Of a stretch of 64,000 nucleotides of DNA, positions 13,555 through 25,808 are shown one piece after another. Position numbers and translations under genes: made by a program. Location: the NCBI RefSeq assembly GCF_963921235.1, contig NC_086097.1:131008001-131072000 (forward strand). The letters are read 5' to 3'. The stretch is from Mobula hypostoma (lineage: Eukaryota). A model generated the notes under the pieces. The model was not told the origin of the DNA and did not search any database. It saw nothing but the letters and a program-made list of their open reading frames with translations. Numbering within the stretch: the stretch's first letter is position 1; each line of letters opens with the position of its first letter.

Positions 13555-16440
13555 GAGCCAGAGTCATGGAACACTATAGCACAGAAAGGGCCTTTCAGCT
13601 AAACCATTAATCTGCCTGGTCACATCACCTGCATCCAGATCATAGACCTCCACACCCCCACCATTCATGTACCTATCCAAATGTCTCCTAAATGTTGAAA
13701 TCAAACCTGCATTCACCACTTACACTAACAGCTTGTCCCACATACTCACCATCCTCTGAGTGAAGTTCCTCATCATATGCCCCTTAAATATTCCAGCTTT
13801 CACCCTTAATGCACAACCTCTGGTTGTAGTCCCACGCAACATCAGTGGAAAAAGTCTGCTTGTATTTACCCAATCTACACCCCTCAATTTTGTATCTCCA
13901 TCAAATCTCACCTCAACCTTCTGTGTTCTAGGCAATAGAGTCCTAACCTATTCAACCTTTCCCTTTAACTCAGGTCCTCAAGTCCTTGCAACATGCTTGC
14001 CAATTTTCTCTGCAATCTTTCAATCTTATTTACATCTTTTCTGTATGTAGGTGAACAAATCTGCACACAACACTACAAATGAGGCCTCACCAACATCTTA
14101 TACAATTTCAATAAAACATCCCAACTCCTGTACTCAATGCACTGATTTATGAAGGCCAATGTGCCAACAGCTTTCCTGACAACCCTATCTACCTGTGACG
14201 TCACTTTCAAAGAATTATGGATCTGTGTTCCCAGATCATCCCGTTCTACTGCACTCCTCAGTGCCCTATCGCTCACCGTGTAAGACCTACCTTGGTTGGT
14301 CCTTCTGAAGTGCAACACGTCACAGTTGCCTGCATTAAATTTCATCTATTATTTTTCAGCCCATTTTTAAAGCTGTACCAGATCTCATTGCACGCTTTGA
14401 TATTCTTCCTCACTGTTCACTACACCACCATCTTGGTGTCATCTGCAAATTTGCCTCCAGTCAGGGAGGCAACCATCTACTACCACTTTCTGGTTTCTCC
14501 CGCGAAGCCAACCTCTAATGCAATTTAACTACCTCATCTTGAATGCCAAGCAACTGAATATCCTTGACCAACCTCCCATGAGGGACCTTGTCAACGGCCT
14601 TGCTAAAGTCCACATAGACAACATCCACTGCCTTGCTTTCATCAACTTTCCTGGTAACTTCCTCAATAAACCCTATATGATTGGTTAGACACGACCTACT
14701 ACACACAAAGCCATGTTGACTACCCCTAATCCGACCCCGGTCTATCCAAATATTTATATATCCGGTCCCTTATAATGTCTTCCAATAACTTTCCCACTAC
14801 TGCTGTCAAGCTCACCGGCCTATAATTTCCTGTCTTATTCTTACAGCTCTTCTTAAACAACAGAAGATTAGAAATCTTTCAATACTCGCACACCTCACCC
14901 ATGGTGCAGGACGTTTTAAATATCTCTGCTAGGGTCCCTACAATTTTTGCACTAGCCTCCCACAGGGTCTGAGGGAACACACTGCTAGGTCCTGTAGAGT
15001 TATCGACCCTCATTTTCCTCAAGACAGCAAACTCTTCCTCCTCTGTAATCTGCGAAGGTTCCATGACCTCAATGTTGCTTTGTCTCATTTCTATAGACTC
15101 TGTTTCTGTTCCCTGAGTAAATACAGATGCAAAAAATTTATTTACGATCCCCCCATCTCTTCTGGCTCCTCACATAGATTACTACTCTGATCTTCCAGTG
15201 GACCAACTTTGTTCCTTGCCGTCCTTTTGCTCTTAATAAATCTGTAGAAGCCCTTAGGATTCTCCTTTACCTTGTCTGCTAGAGCAACTTAATGCCAACT
15301 TTTAGCCCTCCTGAGTTCTTTTTTAGGTGTTCTCTTGCATTTCTTATACTCCTGAAGTACCTCATTTGTTACTACATGAATTTATCTGCTGCGCACCTCC
15401 TTCTTCTTAAGCAGGGCCTCAATATCTCTCAAAAATCATGGTCATCTAAACTAGTTATCCTTGTCTTTTATTCTGACAGGAACATACAAACTATACTCTC
15501 AAAGTTTCACATTTGAAGGTCTCCCAGAAAACCTGTCCCAATCCACACTTGCCAGATCATTTTTGATACCATCAAAACTGCCCTTATGCTAATTTAGAAT
15601 CTCAACCCAATGACAAGACCTGACCTTTTCCATAATTACCTTAAAACTAATGGCATTATGATCTCTAGATGAACAGCGTTTGTCAACTCAAACTTCTGTC
15701 ACCTGCTGTCTCACTGCCTAATAGGAGATCCAGTATCACACTCCCTGTAGTTGGAACTTCTGTACACTGATTCAGGAAACTTTCTTGAACACATTTGACA
15801 AATTCTTTCCCATCCAGCCCTTTAACAGTATGGAAGTTCCCATCAATATACGGAAAGTTGAAATCATCTACTCTCACAACCTTGTCTTTCTTGCAACAGT
15901 CTGCAATTTCTCTACAAATTTCCTCCTCTAAATCCCATGGACTATTTGGTGATCTCTAATACAATCCCATTAACGTGGCCATATATTTCTTATTCCTCAT
16001 TTCTACCCATAAAGCCTCATTAGATAAGCTCTCTAGTCTGTCCTGTCTGAACACTAACATGATATTTCCCCTGACATAATGCCACCCTTCTCCCTTTAAT
16101 CCCTCTGACTCGAACATGTTTTAAACAACAGAATCCTGGAACACTGAACTGTTAGTTCTACCCCTCCTGCAACCAAGTATCACACTAATGGCTACAATGC
16201 CATAATTCCACATGCTGATCCATACCCTAAGTTCATCTACCTTCCCTACAATTTTCCTTGCATTGAAATCTATATAGCTCAGAACATTAGTGCTAATATG
16301 CTCAACCTTTTTATTTCTGACTATTCACGTAGGCTTAAATAACATCTTTCTCCATGACCACTCCACTAACTGTTCTGGCGCTCTGGCTCCATCCCCCTGC
16401 GGTTCTAGCGTAACCTCCCCCCACCCCCCCCCCAAATAAA
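13555..16440 (-). mobile_element. CR1 LINE (second family), ORF2 endonuclease-RT remnant
   Basis: Fragments VDDFNFPYID, SCLTNHIGFIEEVT...VDVVYVDFSKAVDKVPHGRL, MKFNAGNCDVLHF...LYKMLVRPHL. Confidence 0.85.
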
Positions 16441-16702
16441 GGTACTTGGACCAATCTCAACTTTATATACTTGATTTTATATTCCAGTTCTCTTGAAATT
16501 AAAGCTAATATCACATTGGCCTTCCTGCAAATTAATCTTAGGGAATCCTGTACTAGGACTTCCAAGTCCCTTTGCACCTCTGATTTCTGAATTTGCTCCC
16601 TATTTAGAAAATAATTTATGCTGTTATTCCTTCTACCAAAGCACATATTCTATCTGCCATGTTTTTGTCCATTATCCTGATCTGTCCAGGTCCTTCTGCA
16701 AC
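16441..16702 (-). mobile_element. CR1 RT fragment
   Basis: FGRRNNSINYFLNREQIQKSEVQRDLEVLVQDS. Confidence 0.75.
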
Positions 16703-17824
16703 TCAAAGTAGTTACAATCAAAAAAGTAAAATCTAGACTGAATTGGGTAAGAATGACAAGATTTTTTTCTATAAATCATTAATGTATCAGTCTGCTATCG
16801 ACCAGACATTCACAACAATCTGGTAACACATGGTAGTTTTAATTCCTGAAAATATTACTCAAATTAAATTTTGCTCATTTATTCAAATTCAAATGCTTCC
16901 CTCTGTCCAGGTGGCAGTCTAACTGACTAATAATGAAATGATCTCATTTGAGCTCAATTTCAGCCACAAAGTATAAATAGCTTGTGTCCATCTAAACTGC
17001 ATACGGCACTTTAGGTCTGAGAAACCAAATCAGTTTTGCCTCATCTTTATTTAGCCACTCATGACCAATTATGGTACTCTGAATAATGTCACAAAAGGAT
17101 AAAAGCAGGTACAGAAAACTGAAAACAAACACAAGGAGGTCTGCAGATGCTGGAAATCCAGGTCTCAGCCCAATACGTCAAATGTTAACTCTTTTCCATA
17201 GATGCTCCCTGATCTGTGTTAGAGGAAATAGAAGCAACATTTTACACTGCAAGTGTACTCACACAACAGATAAATTAAATCTCAAAAAGTTAGGTTATTT
17301 TAATTCAATAAATATTTCAAATATTCAAAGCTTAAAGTGTTTGGTCCATACTATTTGAAGTTAACAGGTTCAGAGATTTTATAATGAATTGAAACTGTCA
17401 AGATTACAATCTAGCTATATAAGGAATACCATTTGGAACAAATCTGCAAACATCCACATGAACTTAATGTTGTAAGTCCTCAACTCTCTTATAATTATTT
17501 TATCAATAGCTCCAAAACCCCTGACAAAGCCAATCAGATTATACAATTTCATGTTCAAACACTAATTCAGAAAGTTTATGAAAATCAAAGCTGTAGGTTG
17601 TAGTAAATTGAAATTTAAAAACAAAACACAGTTTCAAACTGAAACATTAACCAGAGGAAAGAAAAAGTCAATGTTTTAGGACAAAACGTTTACTGTTTCG
17701 TACCAAAATTTCTGCCTAACCTGCTGAGTTCTTCCACTATTTTGTGTTTTTATTTCAGAAAGTGCATAAAAGTTGACAGTAGCAGTCTGATTTATTGCTG
17801 AAAGATAACAGTCAGTAATGAACA

Positions 17825-18010
17825 AGACATCCTCAGGTGTATGCTAAACATTCCATGACAACTTTTCAAAGAGGATGAGAATTACCCCTGGTCCTTCTTC
17901 CACTATTTATTCTTCAAACATGAAAAACTGACAATTGACAATTTTCACACTGCCATTTCTTGGACATCATTGTATACAAACTGACTGTCAGATTTTCTTC
18001 ACTAAAACAA
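17825..18010 (+). mobile_element. Degenerate DeuSINE-like (SacSINE1-type) 3' portion
   Basis: ctcaggtgtatgctaaacattccatgacaacttttcaaagagg...cccctggtcc...tatttattcttca...ttttcacactgccatttcttggac...tgtatacaaactgactg resembles my recollection of the shark DeuSINE body. Highly diverged. Confidence 0.5.
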
Positions 18011-18369
18011 GAGCAAAACTTTCGTAGTTCATTTCCAAATCACATTTTGGATCAAAATTTTATAGACCGAGCTTGAGTTTACACTATCCATGTGTTAATC
18101 CGTGAGCTAATGCACTTAAAGGCAGAGATACGAATTAAGGTATACAGCTGAACCGGAATCCCAAATGAACTTAGATACCTCATGAATTACAAAAGGTGGC
18201 ACTTTTCCACAGCTATACTGGGTAGCATGTCAAACTACCAAGTACTTGTACTTCCCCAATTATCAGTTTTTGAAGGCAGCACAGATCAGGTTCTCTTCCC
18301 ACAGGATCAATAAATGGAAGATTGGCACAGCAGAATGATATTTTGGGGAAACAACGCTTTGTAAAATAT

Positions 18370-18948
18370 CGCAACCACGAGGAATTCTGCAGATGCTGGA
18401 AATTCAAGCAACACGCATCAAAGTTGCTGGTGATCCACGGCCTCCTCTACTGTAAAGTTGAAGCCACACTCAGGTTGGAGGAACAACACCTTATATTCCA
18501 TCTGGGTAGCCTCCAACCTGATGGCGTGAACATTGACTTCTCTAACTTCCGCTAATGCCCCACCTCCCCCTCATACCCCATCCGTTATTTATTTATATAC
18601 ACACATTCTTTCTCTCTCTCTCTCCTTTTTCTCCCTCTGTCCCTCTGACTATACCCCTTGCCCATCCTCTGGGTTCCCCCCCACCTTGTCTTTCTCCCTG
18701 GGCCTCCTGTCCCATGATCCTCTCATATCCCTTTTGCCAATCACCTGACCAGCTCCTGGCTCCATCCCTCCCCCTCCTGTCTTCTCCTATCATTTTGGAT
18801 CTCCCCCTCCCCCTCTCACTTTCAAATCTCTTACTAGCTCTTCCTTCAGTTAGTCCTGACGAAGGGTCTTGGCCCGAAACGTCGACTGTACCTCTTCCTA
18901 AAGATGCTGTCTGGCCTGCAGCGTTCACCAGCAACTTTGATGTGTGTT
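18370..18948 (+). mobile_element. Penelope-like insertion: short inverted 3' end (18370-18433) joined to a 5'-truncated sense copy (GIY-YIG C-terminus, UTR, hammerhead)
   Basis: 14-bp TSD gctttgtaaaatat at 18356-18369 and 18949-18962. Peptide RLEEQHLIFHLGSLQPDGVNIDFSNFR*. Confidence 0.9.
18852..18887 (+). ncRNA. Minimal type I hammerhead ribozyme motif (intact core) in a Penelope 3' end
   Basis: AGUC-CUGACGA-A-GGGU(CUUG)GCCC-GAAAC-GUC-GACU: stem I AGUC/GACU, stem II hairpin, palindromic ACGU in place of stem III. Predicted cut after C18883. Confidence 0.85.
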
Positions 18949-21015
18949 GCTTTGTAAAATATTCAAAGTGCTGAGAGAAAATGTTTGTCAAGTGATACAT
19001 TAAAAGGCTCAAAAAACATAATACTGCATATTCAGAAGGTATTTGCAGAAAATAGCATGCTTTAAATTAAAGCTTGGTTAGATGACAAGTACTCAAACTT
19101 AGCTCCAGTAGGTAACAGTACACTGCTTTTACAACCTTGATTACTAAAAGGAAATGAACATTCACTTTTTGTAAAATGAGAAACATTTATAAAGAAAAGA
19201 AAACATTACACTCAAGGCTGCCAAGACTTCATGTACAACAAATAGAGTACTGAATTACCAGCCTGCATAGCCAATATGCCAAAGCGACTAAAAATACAGT
19301 AAACAATAGCAATGGCAAGCGCATCAAACATGCTTTTTAATTACACAGAGGATGTAACTTTTTTTATTTGATGAGGTACTGGCTGATCTACACCACTTCC
19401 TATCCCTGATTCCCTTAATTCCTTAGCCTTGACATCACTCTATCCAAAAATTTAACACCCCTATGTGAAAATACTTCTCTTCATTCAGTACAAAATAACA
19501 TGACACTTCTTTTTGAAATTTTGGCCCTTAGCTCTTGTCACCAGCCAGAAATACTCTCCCTCTGCAATGTTAAGTCTTGCAAAAGTTTGGTTTATTTTAA
19601 TGAGCTCACCTCATTCTCAAATCAACAGAATTATCTCTCCAAACTTCCCCTCATATGTGAGGCCTGCCATCCCAAGAAGCACTCTAATGAACCTCCCTTC
19701 CCTCTATAGCAAGAATACCATATACTTGCCATGTCAAGAGGCCAAAATTGTACTCCATACTCCAGGCTCTAATTATCTTTAGCCTTGTATTCAAATCATC
19801 GTGCAATGAAGGCCAAAAGACTTCCTAAATGCCTGCAGGACTTGGATTAGTTTTCACTGACTTTGTACAAAGGCACCAGGTTCCTTGGAACATCAAAAAT
19901 ATTAAAAATACTCAGTACTTTGTTATTTTTTTCCTATCAAAAGTGGGTAACCTTTCACTTTCTACATGGTACTCCACCTGCCTTGTTGCTGCCCACTTAT
20001 TATGTACACCTGAAGACTAGTTACATCTTCATCACTACTCTTCTATTTAGGTTTAAATAGCAAATTCACTTTTGTTGTCCAGTATTAAAAAACTTGTCAT
20101 AACTATTTTCCTATTTGAAGTTTCCAAGGACAAAGTGATATACAGGGAAAAAATTAAAAGTGAACATTTTTAATATATATGAATTATAATGAGGAATAAT
20201 GAATTAATATCTTTGACAACTAACAGAAATATCCTGATGCTCATGAAATTCTGAGCTTAGCTAAAATCGAGTCCAAATACAGTTAATACAATTTGGCCAA
20301 TAGTCCTCAAGTCAAAGGTTATGGAGAGAAGGCAGGAGAATGGGGTTGAGAGGTAAAATAAATCAGCCATGATTAAATGGCGGAGAAGATTCGTTGGGCC
20401 AATGCCCTAATTCTACTCCTATGTTTTACAGATAGAAAGAACAGACCACAGCACCAAATTACAAAGGGTGAATGTCATACTGATGAGTACTACATAGCAG
20501 CTTGGAATTATGACATACAACATAACAACCCAACCTTCCTTTGCCATGGTGAAGAGAAGCTTCACAAGCTGATATTTTAGCAATTAGCAGTTTCCAGCTC
20601 ACAAATTGCATCTCACTCTCTTTACTCAAATTTAAAGAATATCTCACTTCAATGAAAGCACGGCAGCTTTTACAGGATTAGCCTCAAATCAGCAATCACA
20701 TTGAGATAAATCAGAATTTTTTAATCAGTAAGTGTTTTTGCAAACTTATCCTTCAGGTACTTGATTATCTTTCCAGTGCCAGTTTACAGACACATTTCCA
20801 TCTTACATCCTGAAACATGGATAGCCAAGGCAAAGGTCAACCAAGTGACCTACACTGTTCTGGAGTTAGGATATACAGCAAATATTAATTTCACCAGCAA
20901 CCACTCTTCAGACTTGAACGTGGATTGTAGACTGAATTTAAAATGCAACCCTGAACTATAGATTATCTGGAGCTTCAGAATGGTGTTCATTGTAAACCAG
21001 ACAAAGCTGATCAAT

Positions 21016-23622
21016 ACGCAAATACGGGGAAATCTGCAGATGCTGGAAATTCAAGCCACACACACAAAAAATGCTGGTGAACACAGCAGGCCAGGCAGCA
21101 TTTATAGGAAGAGGTACAGTTGACTTTTTGGGCCGAGATCCTTCGTCAGGACTAACTGAAAGAAGAGATATTAAGAGATTTGAAAGTGGGAGAGGGAGGG
21201 GGAGATCTGAAATGATAGAAGACAGGAGAGGGAGGGATGAAGCTAAGAGCTGGGAAGTTGATTGGCAAAAGGGATACGAGGCTGGAGAAGGGAGAGGATC
21301 ATGGAACAGGAGGCCTAGGGAGAAAGAAAGGGGGAGGGGGGTAAGGTAGAGGATGGGCAAGGAGTTATAGTGAGAGGAACAGAGGGAGAAAAAAGAGAGA
21401 ACAAAGGGGGGGGGAATAATAAATAAATAAGGGATAGGGTACGAAGGGAAGGTGGGGCATTAACGGAAGTTAGAGAAGTCAATGTTCATGCCATCAGGTT
21501 GGAGGCTACCCAGACGGAATATGAGGTGTTGTTTCTCCAACCTGAGTGTGGCTTCATCTTAACAGTAGAGGAGGCCATGGATAGACATGTCAGAATGGGA
21601 ATGGGATGTGGAATTAAAATGTGTGGCCACTGGGAGATCCTGCTTTCTCTGGCAGACAGAGCATAGGTGTTCAGCGAAACGGTCTCCCGGCCTGCGTCGG
21701 GTCTCGCCAATATATAGAAGGCCGCATCAGGAGCACCAGGCGCAGTATATCACCCCAACCGTCTCACAGGTAAAGTGTCACCTTGTGTAAGTGAAAAGGG
21801 GGTTAGAGTATGGGATAGGAAGGGTTAGATGGTGTATGTGACCTGGAAAATATAGCAGGGGCAGGAACTAAACAGAACCAGACACGGTTAGGATGTTGCA
21901 ACGGCATGCTCATTTCTTAGAATAGAGGTGCTTACTGACCTGTACCTCTGCACGTGAAGCTATTGTGACCATGATGAAATTGCTAACCACAAAACCGTCA
22001 CAAGCGTGGACAGGGGAAACAGGTGCTAACTGAAACCTTTTTCTCTGGATATAAATGTAACCTTGTACTTGTGCTAGGCAGAGCTGATTGCCAGACGCTG
22101 TAGAAGCGCATGGTGGTTACCTCTCCTCGGATCAAATTAAATGAAGAATTGATCGAGCCAAAACGTGGCCTCTGGGTGTTTTCTCCGACTGAATAACAAA
22201 TCGGTAAGGACAGCCACACATGGAAGGACTGTCTGGGGCCCTGAATGGTGGTGAGGGAGGAAGTGTAAGGGCATGTGTAGCACTTGTTCCGCTTACAACG
22301 ATAAGTGCCAGGAGGGTGATTGGTGGGGAGGGATGAATGGACAAGGGAGTCGCGTAGGGAGCGATCCCTGTGCAAAGCAGTGGGGGGGGGGGGAGGGAAA
22401 GATGTGCTTAGTGGTAGGATCCCGTTGGAGGTGGTGGAAGTTACGGAGAATTATATGTGGACCCGGAGGCTGGCGGGGTGGTAAGTGAGGACAAGGGGAA
22501 CCCTATTCCTAGTGGGATGGCGGGAGGATGGGTGAGAGCAGATGTGTGTGAAATGGGAGAGATGCGTTTGAAAGCAGAGTCGATGGTGGAGGAAGGAAAG
22601 CCCCTTTCTCTAAAAAAGGAGGACATCTCCTTCGTCCTGGAATGAAAAGCCTCATCCTGAGAGCAGATGCAGCGGAGACGGAAGAATTGCGAGAAGGGGA
22701 TAGTATTTTTGCAAGAGACAGGATGGGAAGAGGAATAGTCCAGGTAGCTGTGACAGTCCGTAGGCTCATAGTGGATATCAGTAGATAAGCCGTCTCCAGA
22801 GATAGAGACAAAAAGATCAAGAAAGGGGTGGGAGGTGTCGGAAATGGACCAGGTAAACTTGAGGGCAGGGTGAAAGTTGGAGGCAAAGTTAATGAAGTCA
22901 ACGAGCTCAGCATGCATGCAGGAAGCAGTGCCAATACAGTCCTTGATGTAGCGAAGGATAAGTGGGGGACAGATACCAGTATAGGCTTGGAACATGGATT
23001 GTTCCACAAAGCCAACAAAAAGGCAGGCATAGCTGGGACCCATACGGGTGCCCATGGCTACACCTTTAGTTTGGAGGAAGTGGGAGGAGCCAAAGGAGAA
23101 ATTATTAAGAGTAAGGACTAATTCCGCTAGACGGAGCAGAGTGGTAGTAGAGGGGAACTGGCTAGGTCCGAAATCTAAAAAGAAGCGGAGAGCTTTGAGA
23201 CCTTCCTGGTGGGGGATGGAAGTATATAGGGACTGGACATCCATGGTGAAAATAAAGCGGTGGGGGCCAGGGAACTGGAAAAAATTCACAGCGTGAGAAG
23301 TGTCACGAACATAGGTGGGAAGGGATTGAACAAGGGGGAATAAAGCAGTGTCGAGGCATGCAGAAATGAGTTTGGTGGGACAGGAGCAAGCTGAGACAAT
23401 GGGTCTACCTGGACAGGCAGGTTTGTGGATCTTGGGTAGGAGGCAGAAACAGGAAGTGCGGGGTGTGGGAACTATAAGGTTGGTAGCAGAGGCTGTGAGA
23501 TCCCCTGAGCTGATAAAGTTGGCGATGGTGTGAAAGACAATGGCCTGGTGCTCCTTAGTGGGGTCATGATCGAGGAGTAAATAAGAGGAGGTATCCGCGA
23601 GTTGTCGCTGTGCCTCGGCACG
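21016..23622 (-). mobile_element. Penelope-like retroelement (Neptune-type), 5'-truncated: RT, Cys linker, GIY-YIG endonuclease, 3' UTR with degenerate hammerhead
   Basis: RT: FTMDVQSLYTSIP, QTKGVAMGTRMGPSYA, RYIKD (YIDD mutated). Linker: GTYRCKRNKCYTC. EN: GVIYCAWCS*CGLLYIGETRRR...RFAEHL. Stop at 21460-21462. Possible TSD gctgat(c/t)aat at 21006-21015 and 23623-23632. Confidence 0.93.
21784..22220 (+). mobile_element. Solo LTR (~435 bp) nested in the Penelope element
   Basis: Absent from the paralogous Penelope at 651-680. Ends TGTGT...ACACA. TATAAA at 22050-22055 and ATTAAA at 22136-22141 in U3-R-U5 order. No clean TSD. Confidence 0.75.
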
Positions 23623-25422
23623 GCTGATTAATGTTCATCTTGGCACCTGAAGTGTGGGTGCCAAAGAAGAAAGTATTTGAGAACTGTATGTAATTCAAAG
23701 GACGTGTTGTAAATACATTGTAACTATAGAAATGTTCAGCATATGTCATGTAATATTGGGTCGAGCAGGCCTCTTCCTCCAAGTGTATCTCAATATGATA
23801 ACTGCTGCTCATTTTAATGAATAAAATACATCTATTTCCACTAGCTTCAGTGACTTTGTTCACATTGGGGGCTTTTCCAGGATACTTACATGACCCATTG
23901 GCCGGCAATTTCAGCAGTCAAGGTGGGTCAGTATTTTTAAAATTAGCACTCTCACATAGATCTGTTTGGGTCAGTGACTACTGGATCACGAGGTATCATG
24001 AACACAGTGGAGACCTGAAATAGTAGATATGAAAGGAGTGTGGGGGGGGGGGGGTGTGTGTGTGTGTGTCTGTTTATGTAAGAGACTAAACATTTGTATG
24101 CTAATTTGGTGAGACAGGGTCATCAGTTGTGAAGGATTGTTACTGACTGGTCAGGACGCCAGTGGAGTGTATGTTTACTCGTTTGAGGATCTGTACAGTA
24201 TCAGATGTGTTTGAGAGTGTTTTTGTTGCTTTAAGAATAAGTCCAACTTTTAAGTGCAAAGGAATACAACAGGCATTGAGTTCAGATGCACGAGTGGCAG
24301 ATTGCAGAGTATGTACTCTGAAGTTTCAAGTATGTACTGGCTAATTTTTATCCATCATTTATATCTTGCATAGTGTGGGAATTAATGTGGACATATTTGA
24401 GGAGAAGTTATACCCAGATATATCTGTCGAGACAGTATCGACTGAGGTTAGGCAACATCAGACTGAGGACTCTGACAACCCAAGCTAGCCCTTGACCTTG
24501 ATTATGACCATCCATAAGCCCTTCATCCCCAGGAAGCAGGGTACTTTGTCAGAGTTGTCCTCAGTTAAGGTCATTTGCGGGAACGCAGAATTTTGGCGCA
24601 AGCTCAAGTAAGTGATTGAAATTCACCTGATACACCCTAAAGATCTGATGTGTTGTTAAAAGCAAAGTGCCCAAGGAATATGTGGGACAGTATGGCTCAG
24701 GGGATGTAGATGGTACGTGGGCAATTACCAGGAACACCAGCAATAAAGAAAGACATCGTTTCTTTAAGGGCGAAGTGTGGCAGCGACTGGGGAGAGGTGA
24801 GAGTAACTGGGAAACAATAATGTCAGTGGTTCAGAGAGCTGATGAGCCTGCCATGGATTATGCAAAATGTAAATAGATAGATATACTTTATTAATCCCGA
24901 GGGAAATTTGGTTACATTGTATCCAGTGTATGGAGAGTATTCAGGATTGGATACAGGTTTCCCCCGCCATCCAAAGGTACAGCATTCCAATGAAACGGTT
25001 CGTAAGCCGAAATGTCGTAAAGTGAAGCAGTTACCATTTATTAATATGGAAAAGATTTTTGAGCGTTCCAGACCCAAAAAACAACCTACCAAATCATGCC
25101 AAATAACACATAAAACCTAAAATAACAGTAACATATAGTAAAAGCAGGAATGATATGATAAATACACAGCCTATATAAAGTAGAAATACTTTTTGCAATC
25201 ATTGAAGCACCACCTAGCGCAGCGAAGATCTCACGCATGCACTCTCGGCAGAAACACTCTCAGCAGAAACACTCTCTCCAGTAACCTTTAAGCTATGAGG
25301 CTGCCAAATCGTACCAAATAACAAATCATACTAAATAACACAAAAATACACAGCCCATATAAAGTAGTAATACTTTTTGCAATCATTGAAGCACAGACTA
25401 GCGCAGCGAAAATCTCACGCAT

Positions 25423-25645
25423 GCGCTCTCGGCAGAAGCACTGTCGGCGCAGGCGCTGTCGGCTGAAGGCACTGTTGGCGCAGACACTGTCGGCTGAAGG
25501 CACTGTCGACGAGACACTGTCAGCTCAAGGTGCTGTCGGCTGAAGGCGCTGTCGGCTGAAGGTGCTGTCGGCTGAAGGCGCTGTCAGCTGAAGGCACTGT
25601 CGGTGGAAGGCACTGTCGGCGCAGGCGCTGTCGGCGGAAGCACTC
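25423..25645. repeat. GC-rich 15/16-bp minisatellite (~13-14 units, gc(a/g)ctgtcggctgaag) within duplicated blocks of the Tigger 3' region
   Basis: Direct reading. The flanking block ccaaatcataccaaataac...ctatataaagtag recurs near 25090, 25305 and 25675. Confidence 0.88.
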
Positions 25646-25808
25646 TCTCCAGTAACCTTTAAGCAACGAGGCTGCCAAATCATACCAAATAACAAATCAT
25701 ACTAAATAACACAAAAATACACAACCTATATAAAGTAGAAATAATGTATGTACAGTGTAGTTTCACTTACGGGAATCCGGATGGTGTGTTAGGCTGAGTC
25801 GTCGGAAA

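Larger units (their letters stand above)
20991..24873 (+). mobile_element. Decayed ERV-like element 5' part: LTR (split by a Penelope insertion), tRNA-Pro PBS, leader, gag remnant
   Basis: AATAAA at 23820-23825. LTR end ...ttgttcaCA at 23864. PBS TGGGGGCTTTTCCAGGAT (23866-23883) matches the tRNA-Pro PBS TGGGGGCTCGTCCGGGAT at 15/18. Peptide SNWETIMSVVQRADEPAMDYAK is MHR-like. The LTR start at TGTAA 20991 is tentative. Confidence 0.68.

Noticed and set aside
8653..18104. Shared 10-mer TTAATCCGTG at 8653-8662 and 18095-18104
   Set aside because: Repeated 10-mers are expected by chance in 64 kb.
18555..19012. 139-aa ORFs on both strands (also 20956-21360 and 61547-62030)
   Set aside because: These are the pyrimidine/purine-skewed Penelope 3' UTR. 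Low stop frequency explains the ORFs; they are not host genes.
25423..25645. Regularly spaced repeats as a possible CRISPR array
   Set aside because: Units are contiguous with no unique spacers, there are no cas genes, and the context is a eukaryotic transposon.
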